A program made the position numbers and the translations under genes. From an uncultured Solirubrobacteraceae bacterium (GTDB taxonomy: Bacteria; Actinomycetota; Thermoleophilia; Solirubrobacterales; Solirubrobacteraceae): DNA of 64,000 nucleotides. The notes under the pieces were generated by a model. That model did no database searches, was not told the origin of the DNA, and was given only the letters and a program-made list of their open reading frames with translations. Positions 28,300 through 36,939 of this stretch are shown piece by piece; within the stretch, counting starts at the first letter, position 1, and each line of letters begins with the position of its first letter. The stretch lies in the NCBI GenBank assembly GCA_963768375.1, contig CAVYHO010000001.1, positions 20,136 through 84,135 on the forward strand. The letters are read 5' to 3'.

Positions 28300-30684
28300 G
28301 TGCCGACGGCTGAAGAGCGACTGGCGATCCTTGATGAGATGCTGACGGAAGCCCGTGACAACGGGCTCATCCACCTCAGCCCGGACGACGGCCCGATCGA
28401 CGGCCGCACTGTCGCCTTCGACGGCCGCACGCGACTGAACTTCGGCTCCTGCAGCTACCTGGGCCTGGAGCTCGACCCGCGCATGCGCAATGCCGTGATC
28501 GACGCCGTGACCCGCTACGGGACTCAGTTCTCCAGCTCGCGCACGTATCTCTCGTCGCCCCAGTACACCCAGCTCGAGCCGCTGCTGAGCGAGATGTTCG
28601 GCGGGCACGTGCTCGTCACGCCGACGACGTCCCTCGGCCACCTGGCGGCGCTGCCGGTGCTCGTCGGCGCCCGCGACGCGGTGATCCTCGACCACCAGGT
28701 CCACGCGAGCGTGCAGATGGCGTCCAACCAGCTGCGCGTCCAGGGGACGACGGTCGAGCTGGTCCGCCACAACGACATCGAGCGCCTGGAGAAGCTGATC
28801 GTGCGCCTGGACGCCGCGCACGACCGCGTCTGGTACTTGGCCGACGGTGTGTACTCGATGTTCGCCGACCTGGCACCGTTCGCCGAGCTCGCGGGGCTGC
28901 TCGACCGCCACCCGAACCTCCACTTCTACATCGACGACTCGCACGGCGTGGGCTGGACCGGCACGCACGGGCGCGGCCCGGCGCTGGAAGCGCTCGGCAT
29001 GCACCCGCGGCTGATCGTCGCGGCGTCGCTGAACAAGTCTTTCGCCGCCGCCGGCGGCGCGCTCGTGTTCCCCGATCCCGAGCTGCGCCGTCGCGTCCGC
29101 ACCGCGGGCGGGCCGATGATCTTCTCGGGCCCGATCCAGCCGCCGCTGCTCGGTGCCGCGATCGAGTCGGCGCGGATCCACCTCTCGGACGAGCTGCCGA
29201 TGCGCCAAGCGGCGCTGCGCGAGCGCGTCGAGCTGTTCACCGAGCTGGCCGAGGAGTTCTGCCTGCCGCTCGCGTCGCACGACATCACGCCGATCCGCTA
29301 CGTCCCGCTCGGCCTGCCCGCCGTCGCGCAAGACGTGACCCGCGCGCTGCTCGACGACGGCTTCTACACGAATCTGGCGATGTTCCCGGCCGTGCCGATG
29401 AAGCACGCGGGCGTGCGCATGACGCTGACCGTGCACCACACGCTCGACGATGTCCGCGCGCTCGTCGGCGCGCTGGCCGAGCACGTCCCGGCCGCGCTCG
29501 AGCGCGGCGGCGAGGCGGCCAAGCGGCGCCACGCGAAGATCGCGGGCGACCAGCGTCCCGCGCTGACGCTCGAGCATCACACGACCGCCGACGCGCTCGA
29601 CCCGCGCGAGTGGGACGCGCTGCTCGGCGAGCGCGGCACCTTCACCGTCGATGGCCTGAAGTTCCTCGAGCGCGCGTTCGCCGCCGGCGAGCGCCCCGAG
29701 GACGAGTGGGCGTTCCACTACTACGTCGTCCGCGACCGGGCCGGGAAGGCCGTGCTCGCGACGTTCTTCACCGCGGCGCTGTGGAAGGACGACATGCTCG
29801 CCTCCGCCGAGGTCTCCGAGTTGGTCGAGGAGCGTCGCGCCGAGGATCCGTACTACCTGACCTCGACGACGTTCGCGATGGGCTCGCTGCTGACCGAGGG
29901 CGACCATCTCTATCTCGATCGCAACGCGGACTGGAAGGGCGCGCTCGACCTGCTGCTCGGCTCGGTGTCTGAGCATGCACCGCTGGCCGGCGCGGGCACG
30001 ATCGTGCTGCGCGACCTGTACGCCGCCGACCTGGAGCTGGCCGAGGCGATCCGCGGCCGCGGCTACGTGAAGACGTCGCTGCCGGAGTCGCTGGTCTACG
30101 AACCGGTCGACGGCGGCGACGAGGAGTGGCTGGCGAAGCTGTCCGTCAAGTCGCGGGTGCACCAGCGCAAGGCGGTGCTGCCGTTCGACGACGCGTATGA
30201 CGTCGAGTGGCTTCGCTGCGGAGGCCGGCCGGTGAGCGACTCCGAGCTCGATCACTTCTACGGGCTCTACCTCGCCGTCCAGGCCCGCGGCCGCGACCTG
30301 AACTCGTTCCCGCTCCCGAAGGGCTTCCTGCGCGACATGCTCGCGCACCCGTCGTGGGAACTGATGACGCTGACGCTGCGCGAGACCGGCGAGGTGGTCG
30401 CGTTCGGCGCCCACTTCATCGGCGCCCGCCACTACGCGCCGATGATCGTCGGCCTCGACTACGACTACGTGCGCTCGCACGGCGCCTACCGCCAAGCGCT
30501 GCGCAACGCGATCGTGCGCGCTCGCGAGCTGGGCTCCAAGCGCGTGCTGCTGGGGATGGGCGCGACGTTCGAGAAGCAGCGCTTCGGCGCGCACCTGCAG
30601 GAGCGGGTGGCGTTCGCGCAGGCGGCCGATCACTACAGCGCGGAGGTCCTGTCGGCGCTCGCCGCCGATACTCGCTCCGCCTAG
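28300..30684 (+). CDS. Alpha-oxoamine synthase (BioF/KBL/CqsA-like PLP enzyme) fused to a C-terminal GNAT/FemAB-like domain
   Basis: NFGSCSYLGL, VRHND, DGVYSM, DDSHG, SLNKSF (PLP Lys); C-terminal GLDYDY..GAYRQAL..ARELGSKRVLLG..EKQRFGA. Confidence 0.88.
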   Translation: MPTAEERLAILDEMLTEARDNGLIHLSPDDGPIDGRTVAFDGRTRLNFGSCSYLGLELDPRMRNAVIDAVTRYGTQFSSSRTYLSSPQYTQLEPLLSEMFGGHVLVTPTTSLGHLAALPVLVGARDAVILDHQVHASVQMASNQLRVQGTTVELVRHNDIERLEKLIVRLDAAHDRVWYLADGVYSMFADLAPFAELAGLLDRHPNLHFYIDDSHGVGWTGTHGRGPALEALGMHPRLIVAASLNKSFAAAGGALVFPDPELRRRVRTAGGPMIFSGPIQPPLLGAAIESARIHLSDELPMRQAALRERVELFTELAEEFCLPLASHDITPIRYVPLGLPAVAQDVTRALLDDGFYTNLAMFPAVPMKHAGVRMTLTVHHTLDDVRALVGALAEHVPAALERGGEAAKRRHAKIAGDQRPALTLEHHTTADALDPREWDALLGERGTFTVDGLKFLERAFAAGERPEDEWAFHYYVVRDRAGKAVLATFFTAALWKDDMLASAEVSELVEERRAEDPYYLTSTTFAMGSLLTEGDHLYLDRNADWKGALDLLLGSVSEHAPLAGAGTIVLRDLYAADLELAEAIRGRGYVKTSLPESLVYEPVDGGDEEWLAKLSVKSRVHQRKAVLPFDDAYDVEWLRCGGRPVSDSELDHFYGLYLAVQARGRDLNSFPLPKGFLRDMLAHPSWELMTLTLRETGEVVAFGAHFIGARHYAPMIVGLDYDYVRSHGAYRQALRNAIVRARELGSKRVLLGMGATFEKQRFGAHLQERVAFAQAADHYSAEVLSALAADTRSA

Positions 30685-30706
30685 GGATCGTGGTTGCGCA
30701 CGATTG

Positions 30707-31108
30707 TTACCGCGCTCCCTCCATCAGGAACTCGACGAGCGGATCGAGGTCCTGCGGGCGGATCCGCTTCGCGTAGTCCTCCGGCATCGAGCCGACCGAG
30801 TAGGCCGCCGCCGCGTTCGCGTTCGGCAGCACGATCGATTCCAGGACGTAGTCACGCGACTTGCCGTGCAGCGAGAGCGCGAGGTCCGGCCCGATCGGCG
30901 CGTGCGAGTTCGCGGGCTCGAACGTGTGGCAGGACCCGCACCCCTGCTGGATCCAGACATCGAGACCTTTCTGGGGCGGGGCGTCGGCCCGCGCCGACTG
31001 TGCAGCCGGCGCGGGTGGATCGTCGGAGCCTCCGCCGGCGAAGGCGGCGATGATCATCGCCGCCCCCGCGCAGGCGAGGCCACCGGCGGCGAGGGTGGTG
31101 GCTCTCAC
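30707..31108 (-). CDS. Membrane-anchored class I cytochrome c
   Basis: GCGSCH heme motif, IGPDL, SMP distal Met. Confidence 0.85.
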   Translation of the reverse strand: MRATTLAAGGLACAGAAMIIAAFAGGGSDDPPAPAAQSARADAPPQKGLDVWIQQGCGSCHTFEPANSHAPIGPDLALSLHGKSRDYVLESIVLPNANAAAAYSVGSMPEDYAKRIRPQDLDPLVEFLMEGAR

Positions 31109-31626
31109 GCCGCCTGCGGCTGGTGATGCTGGCGCCGCGACCGGTCCCACACGAGCAGGCCGACCGCCGCCAGCAGCAGCGCGATCCCTCCGATCGCGAG
31201 CCAGCCCACTGCGGGCCCGCCGTCGTCGGACGTGGTCGCCGCGGCGGCCGGAGCGCTCGCCGGCGCACCGATCTCGACGGGCGGATACGTGTGCGGCTGG
31301 CCGGTGATGAACCCGTCGTTGACCTCGTAGTTCCACTTGCCGGCGCTCGGGAACACCACGGCGGCGCGATAGACGCCCGGCTCACCGGTCGCAACCGCGT
31401 TGAAGGTCTTCGTGGCGTCGCCGTTGCGGATGGTGATCGTCGGCGACAGGTCGTCCAGCGGCGTCCGGCCGTGCTGAAGGATCGTCATCTCCACGTTCCA
31501 CGGCTGGCCGGGGTCGGTGCCGGCGGGGGTCGAGCTCAGCCCGACCGTGGCCCAGCCGCCGGCGAACGCGCTCGGCGCGAGAACCAGCAGGGCGATGATG
31601 GGCAGAGCGAGCAGCAGACGGCGCAT
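31105..31626 (-). CDS. Secreted YtkA/FixH-like Ig-fold protein with a C-terminal TM anchor
   Basis: AAAGGAG RBS, signal peptide, GGWATVG, LQHGRTP, GVYRAAVVFPSAGKW. Confidence 0.75.
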   Translation of the reverse strand: MRRLLLALPIIALLVLAPSAFAGGWATVGLSSTPAGTDPGQPWNVEMTILQHGRTPLDDLSPTITIRNGDATKTFNAVATGEPGVYRAAVVFPSAGKWNYEVNDGFITGQPHTYPPVEIGAPASAPAAAATTSDDGGPAVGWLAIGGIALLLAAVGLLVWDRSRRQHHQPQAA

Positions 31627-31655
31627 GGAACGGCTCCTTTTCCTCGACACCGCTC

Positions 31656-31682
31656 TTACACCGCCCGCAAATGTGCGGTTCC
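31656..31682 (-). promoter_or_regulatory. ECF-type promoter GGAACC-N13-CGGTGTAA
   Basis: Same architecture as 53094..53120. Confidence 0.6.
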
Positions 31683-31694
31683 CGTGCAGAACGG

Positions 31695-31721
31695 ACCTAA
31701 AGGGGCCAGGCCCCTTTAGGT
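31695..31721. repeat. Perfect 13-1-13 palindrome ACCTAAAGGGGCC-A-GGCCCCTTTAGGT
   Basis: Direct reading; related copy at 14472..14500. Confidence 0.85.
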
Positions 31722-31729
31722 TGGGGCGG

Positions 31730-32632
31730 ATGCGGAGCCTGGTCGCCGTCGTCGTCGCCTTGCCGTGGGTCGTGTGGGCCCTGCTGCGCACGCTCGGGGT
31801 CGAGCTGAGCTATCCGCTGGTGGCGCTGATCGCGTTCACGCCGTACGCGGCGCTGACCTCGCCGGTGCCCGTGGTGGCGGCGCTGGTGCTGAAGCGGCGC
31901 GCGGTCGCCGTGGTCGCGGCGGTAGCCGCGGTCGCGCTCGGCTTCGCGATGGTGCCGCGGGCGGTGGCCGGGCCGCAGCCGGAGGCGCGCGGACCGCGAC
32001 TGGTCGTGATGACCAGCAACCTGTGGCTCGGCCAGGCCGAGCCAAGCGCGGTGCTCCGCGTCGCGCGCGAGCACGACGTCGACGTGTTGAGCGTGCAGGA
32101 ACTGCGGCCGCGGCAGATGCGGCGCTTCGAGACCGACGACTTCCCGGTCCGGATCCTGGAGCCCGAGCGCGGCGCGGGCGGAGGCGGGCTGTTGTCGCGG
32201 GTGCCGATGACGCCGACCCAAACGCCGATGGAGGGCGTGATCGACCTCGCGGGCGCGCCGCCGATGACGATCAGATCCGTGCATCCGCGCCCGCCGGTCA
32301 GCCAGGCCGCCGAGCCCGAGTGGCGGGCCGCGATCGAAGCGCTGCCTGCCGGCGACGGCCGGATCCTCGCCGGCGACTTCAACGCCACATTCGACCACCC
32401 TGAGTTCCGTGCGCTGCTCGACCGCGGCTACGTCGACGCCGCCGACGCCGCGGGCGCCGGCCTGAAGCCGACCTGGCCGGCACCGCCGCGACAACGACGC
32501 GCGCTGCCGCTGACCATCGACCACATCCTCGTCGACCCCCGGATCCGCGTCGAGCGCGTCACCGTGGTGCGCATCCCGCGCAGCGACCACCGCGCCGTGA
32601 TCGCCGTCCTGCGCTTACCCTCCGGCACGTGA
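31730..32632 (+). CDS. Membrane-anchored endonuclease/exonuclease/phosphatase-family protein
   Basis: TSNL, VQE, GDFNA, TIDHIL, SDH. Confidence 0.9.
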   Translation: MRSLVAVVVALPWVVWALLRTLGVELSYPLVALIAFTPYAALTSPVPVVAALVLKRRAVAVVAAVAAVALGFAMVPRAVAGPQPEARGPRLVVMTSNLWLGQAEPSAVLRVAREHDVDVLSVQELRPRQMRRFETDDFPVRILEPERGAGGGGLLSRVPMTPTQTPMEGVIDLAGAPPMTIRSVHPRPPVSQAAEPEWRAAIEALPAGDGRILAGDFNATFDHPEFRALLDRGYVDAADAAGAGLKPTWPAPPRQRRALPLTIDHILVDPRIRVERVTVVRIPRSDHRAVIAVLRLPSGT

Positions 32633-33435
32633 GGTCGCTCGCCGCGGCGGTGGTCGTCGCCCTGTTCTCGGTGCCGCTCGCCGTGATGGCGCTCGGGGCG
32701 CTGCACGCGCCGGGCCAGCCGCCGCCGGTGGGGTGGGAGATCGTCCCGAGCGAGCCGACGCTCGGCGCGTTCGAGCGCGCCTTCGACCTCGTCCCGCTCG
32801 GGCGCCAGTTGCTCAACTCGCTGACGATCGTGGCCATCGCGGTGCCGCTCACGGTCGCCTGCGCGTCGCTCACCGGCTTCGCGATCACGCGGCTGCGGCG
32901 GCCCTGGCACGGGATCGCGATCGGATTCACGCTCATCTGCCTGACGATCCCGGCCTCCGCCCTGTGGGTCCCCCGGTTCGCGATCTTCCGGTCGCTGCAC
33001 GTGCTCGACACGTACGTGCCGCTGATCGCCCCGGCGCTCGTGGGAACGTCGCCACTGCTGGTGCTGCTCTGCTACTGGAGCGCGCGCGGCGTGCCGCGCG
33101 ACCTGATCGATGCCGCCCGCCTGGCCGGCCACGGCCCGCTGCGCGTCTGGTGGCACGTGGTCCTCCCGCTGACCCGGCCGACCGCCCTCGCCGTCGCCGC
33201 GCTCTCATTTGTGGCTCACTGGGGGAACTTCATCGAGCCGTTGCTGTATCTCTATGACACGGCGAAGGCGACGCTGCCTATGGGGTTGAGCAGCCTCCGG
33301 CAACTCGGGCCGACCGATGCGCCGGTGCTGCTTGCGGGGTCCGTGGTTGCGACGCTTCCGCCGGTGTTGGCCTTTGCGCTCGCCCAAAGGGCGGTGCTCA
33401 ACGACACGAGGAGGGCGGGATGGACAAGACGGTGA
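32629..33435 (+). CDS. Carbohydrate ABC transporter permease
   Basis: DLIDAARLAG EAA-like loop, WGNFIEPL. Confidence 0.88.
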   Translation: MRSLAAAVVVALFSVPLAVMALGALHAPGQPPPVGWEIVPSEPTLGAFERAFDLVPLGRQLLNSLTIVAIAVPLTVACASLTGFAITRLRRPWHGIAIGFTLICLTIPASALWVPRFAIFRSLHVLDTYVPLIAPALVGTSPLLVLLCYWSARGVPRDLIDAARLAGHGPLRVWWHVVLPLTRPTALAVAALSFVAHWGNFIEPLLYLYDTAKATLPMGLSSLRQLGPTDAPVLLAGSVVATLPPVLAFALAQRAVLNDTRRAGWTRR

Positions 33436-34685
33436 GGGTGGCGGCGGCATGCCTTGTGCTGGCCTTCGGCGCGGTCGCATGCGGCGGTGACGACGACCCG
33501 GCGCCGGCCGGCGAGGCCGAGAAGGCGGTGCCGGCGATCTCGTTCCAGGTCACGGGCGACCCGGAGGAGACGCAGGTCTACACGCAGCTCGCGGAGCAGT
33601 ACAAGGCCGACACCGGACGGACGGTGAACATCGTCGAAGTCCCCGAGCGCGACGCGCACCTGGCCAAGCTGACGACCAGCTTCTCGGCCGGACAGCCGCC
33701 CGAGGTCTTCCTGATCAACTACCGCTACCTGGGCGGCTTCGCGGACAAGGGCGTGATCGATCTGGCCGGCCCGCGGCTGGACAATTCGGACGCGTTCGCC
33801 CGCGAGGACTTCTATCCGCTGCCGCTGAAGGCGTTCGAGTACGACGGCCAGCTCCAGTGCATCCCGCAGAACGCCTCGAGCCTCGCCGTCTACTACAACG
33901 TCGACGCCTTCAAGGAGGCCGGGATCGAGCCGCCGACCGACTCGTGGACCTATGAGGAGTTCACCGCCGCCGCCGACAAGTTGACCGGCGACGGCAAGCA
34001 CGGCGTCGGCTTCGACCCGAACACGATCCGCTCGGCGCCGTGGGTGTGGGGCGCCGGGGGCGAGCTGGTCGACAGCGAGACGGCCCCGACCAAGTTCCTC
34101 TACGACACGCCGGAGGGCCGCCGCGGGCTCGAGCACATGGTCGCGCTGCAGGAGAACGGCTGGGCGCCGAGCGCCGACGAGGCCGACGCGAAGGGCAACG
34201 ACGAGCGCTTCATCGAGGGCAGCGTCGCGATGTTCCTGTCCTCGCGCCGCGACGTGCCGCTGCTGCGCACGATCACCGACTTCGAGTGGGACGTGGCGCC
34301 GTTCCCGACCGACGTCGAGCCGGCCAGCGTGCTGCACTCCGACGGCTTCTGCATCGCGAAGGGCGACAAGGCCGACGCGGCGTGGATGTGGGTCGAGTAC
34401 GCGCTCGGGACCAAGGGGCAGGAGGTGCTCGCGCAATCCGGTCGCAGCGTGCCGTCGCTGAAGGCGGTCGCCGAGTCACCGGTGTTCCTGGCCTCCGACG
34501 AGCCGCCGGCGAACTCGCAGGTGTTCGTCGACGCGCTGAGCGACATGCACCAGCTGCCGGTGACGCCGAACTGGAACGACGTCGAGGGCAAGACCGACGC
34601 CATCCTCGAGGAGCTCTACTACGGCCGCATCTCGCTCGACGCGGCGCTGGAGCGGCTGGCGAAGGAGACCGACGGCCAGTTTTGA
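33420..34685 (+). CDS. Sugar ABC transporter substrate-binding lipoprotein
   Basis: Lipobox VAC, YYNVDAFKEAGIEPP..WT. Confidence 0.9.
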   Translation: MDKTVRVAAACLVLAFGAVACGGDDDPAPAGEAEKAVPAISFQVTGDPEETQVYTQLAEQYKADTGRTVNIVEVPERDAHLAKLTTSFSAGQPPEVFLINYRYLGGFADKGVIDLAGPRLDNSDAFAREDFYPLPLKAFEYDGQLQCIPQNASSLAVYYNVDAFKEAGIEPPTDSWTYEEFTAAADKLTGDGKHGVGFDPNTIRSAPWVWGAGGELVDSETAPTKFLYDTPEGRRGLEHMVALQENGWAPSADEADAKGNDERFIEGSVAMFLSSRRDVPLLRTITDFEWDVAPFPTDVEPASVLHSDGFCIAKGDKADAAWMWVEYALGTKGQEVLAQSGRSVPSLKAVAESPVFLASDEPPANSQVFVDALSDMHQLPVTPNWNDVEGKTDAILEELYYGRISLDAALERLAKETDGQF

Positions 34686-35653
34686 GTGCCTCGCTCGACG
34701 TGGAGGGAGTCTCGCGCCGCTATCGCGACGTCGAGGCGCTGCGTGAGATCTCCCTCTCCGTCGCGCCGGGCGAGCTGGTCGCCGTGCTCGGCGCCTCCGG
34801 GTCGGGCAAGTCGACCCTGCTGCGCACGATCGCGGGGCTCGAGGAGCCCGACGCCGGCCGCGTGCTGATCGGCGGCGCCGACCAGACGGGTGTGGCGCCG
34901 GTCGAGCGCCGGGTGGCGATGGTGTTCCAGAGCTTCGCGCTGTTCCCGCACCTGACCGTCGAGCGCAACATCGCGTTCGGGATGCGCGCACGCCGTGAAG
35001 CCAAGGCGGCCGTGGCCGAGCGGGTGCGCGAGACGGCGGCCGCGCTCGGGTTGGAGCGGCTGCTCGACCGCCGGCCCGGCGAGCTCTCCGGCGGCGAGCG
35101 CCAGCGGGTCGCGCTCGCCCGCGCGCTGGCGGCGCGGCCGCGCGTGCTGCTGCTCGACGAGCCGCTCTCGAACCTCGATGCGCAGCTGCGCGTCAGCACG
35201 CGCGGCGAGATCCGGCGCGTGCAGGAGGACACCGGCGTCACGGCGCTGTACGTGACGCATGATCAGGCCGAGGCGCTGGCGCTCGGGCACCGCGTCGCCG
35301 TGCTGCGCGACGGGCGGGTCGAGCAGCTCGGGACGCCGGACGAGATCTGGGAGCGGCCCGCGAACACGTGGGTCGCGCGCTTCGTCGGCACGCCGCCGAT
35401 GAATCTGGTGCCCGCCGATGACGGGCAGATCGGCTTCCGCCCCGAGGAGGCGACGTGCGCGCCGGACCGCGACGGCGACTACACCTTCGAGCTGGCCGAG
35501 CGCGCGGGGGCCGACCGGCTCTGGCATTTGCGCAAGGATTCCAACGCGGTGATCGTCCGCGGCGGTGTTCCACCGGCGCGCGGGGAGCGGGTCCGAGTGG
35601 ACGTCCCGCCGGACCGGGTGCGCCGCTTCGATGCCGAAGGCCGGGCGCTATGA
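34682..35653 (+). CDS. Sugar ABC transporter ATP-binding protein
   Basis: GASGSGKS, LSGGERQR, LLLDEPLSNLD. Confidence 0.93.
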   Translation: MSASLDVEGVSRRYRDVEALREISLSVAPGELVAVLGASGSGKSTLLRTIAGLEEPDAGRVLIGGADQTGVAPVERRVAMVFQSFALFPHLTVERNIAFGMRARREAKAAVAERVRETAAALGLERLLDRRPGELSGGERQRVALARALAARPRVLLLDEPLSNLDAQLRVSTRGEIRRVQEDTGVTALYVTHDQAEALALGHRVAVLRDGRVEQLGTPDEIWERPANTWVARFVGTPPMNLVPADDGQIGFRPEEATCAPDRDGDYTFELAERAGADRLWHLRKDSNAVIVRGGVPPARGERVRVDVPPDRVRRFDAEGRAL

Positions 35654-36513
35654 GCGAGCGCGCGCAGCTGCGGCTGATGCTCGCTCCGTACGCGCTCGGC
35701 GCGCTCGCGCTGTTCCTCGCGCCGGCCGTCTACTCGCTGGCGCTCGCGACGACCGATGCCGATCTGCTCACGCCGGCGCGGTTCATCGGCCTCGACAACT
35801 TCCGCGAGCTCGCCGGCGACGACATCTTCGCCGAGGTCCTGTGGAACTCCGCGCTGTTCGTGTTGATCGCCGTGCCACTGCGGCTGTTCATTGCCACGGC
35901 GCTGGCGCTCGCGCTGCATGCCCGCGCCCGCGGCGCGGGCGCGGGGCGCACGGCCGGGTTCCTGCCCACCGTCGTGCCCGACGCCGCCTGGGCGATGGTG
36001 TGGCTGTTCCTGCTCAACCCGATCTACGGGCCGGCCAACGCGCTCCTCGGTGCGTTCGGCATCGCGCCCGTCTCGTGGTTCTCGGACGGCGACGCCGCCT
36101 TCGCGGCGATCGTGCTGATGATGGCGTTCACCGTCGGCGAGGCGTTCATCGTCGCGCTCGCCGCCCGCCAGGAGTTGCCCGCCGAGCTGTTCTCCGTCGC
36201 GCGGCTCGAAGGCGCCGGCCCCTGGTACGTGCTGCGCACGATCACGCTGCCGCTGATGGCGCCGGTGCTCGGGCTGCTGGCCGTGCGCGACGTCGCCGTC
36301 AGCCTCCAGGCGACGTTCACGGCGACGTACCTGCTGACCGACGGCGGCCCCGACCGGGCGACGCTGTTCCTGCCGATCTACTCCTTCGACATGGGCTTCG
36401 AGCTGCTCCGCTACGGCTACGCGAGCGCGATGATGCTGCTCGGCTTCCTCGCCTGCCTCGCGCTCGGCTTCGCGCAGTACCTGGTCGTCCGCCGCTGGAA
36501 GCTCCACCTCTAG
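35650..36513 (+). CDS. Carbohydrate ABC transporter permease
   Basis: FIGLDNF, ARLEGA, TDGGP, GYASA. Confidence 0.9.
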   Translation: MSERAQLRLMLAPYALGALALFLAPAVYSLALATTDADLLTPARFIGLDNFRELAGDDIFAEVLWNSALFVLIAVPLRLFIATALALALHARARGAGAGRTAGFLPTVVPDAAWAMVWLFLLNPIYGPANALLGAFGIAPVSWFSDGDAAFAAIVLMMAFTVGEAFIVALAARQELPAELFSVARLEGAGPWYVLRTITLPLMAPVLGLLAVRDVAVSLQATFTATYLLTDGGPDRATLFLPIYSFDMGFELLRYGYASAMMLLGFLACLALGFAQYLVVRRWKLHL

Positions 36514-36899
36514 AACAGCGTGTAGCGCAGGCGCAGCTTGCCGTCACACAGGCTTGCCACCTGCACGCTCACCAGTCGCTTGTCGCGCTCGAGGTGGGCC
36601 TCGGCCTCGATCGGCGGCTCGGCATCCTTGCGCAGGAGCTTCCAGCCGCCGGCCACGAGCGCGTCGGCGGCCGTGTCGCGCGGCGTCAGCAGGTCTTCGG
36701 GCCGGCCCGGGACGACGGCGAAGAAGCGCTCGGTCTTACCGAAGGGACCTTCGGAGGCGTACACGTGCGCGCCGGTGGGCAACGCCAGCTCACGCGGCGG
36801 CCGGCGCTCCGGCTCTCCCGTCAGCGCGGACGGGCAGGGACGCGGCGCCGCCGGGCCGCCGTCACCGCCGCCGCAGCCGGCCGCGAGCGCGAGGAGCAA
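36510..36899 (-). CDS. Putative lipoprotein (start uncertain)
   Basis: LAAGC lipobox-like; fills the gap between neighbouring genes. Confidence 0.55.
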   Translation of the reverse strand: MLLALAAGCGGGDGGPAAPRPCPSALTGEPERRPPRELALPTGAHVYASEGPFGKTERFFAVVPGRPEDLLTPRDTAADALVAGGWKLLRKDAEPPIEAEAHLERDKRLVSVQVASLCDGKLRLRYTLF

Positions 36900-36939
36900 C
36901 AGGGATGCCGGCCGGATCGCGATCAGGCCATGATGATCG

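Noticed and set aside
28240-30633. Long antisense and alternative-frame ORFs (this one, 26165..28345, 47218..49152 and many others)
   Set aside because: Shadow ORFs expected at high GC; Arg/Ala/Gly-rich, with no motifs, and overlapping well-supported genes
28300-30684. bioF biotin synthesis gene
   Set aside because: Extra GNAT-like domain and no other bio genes nearby; family membership alone does not fix the function
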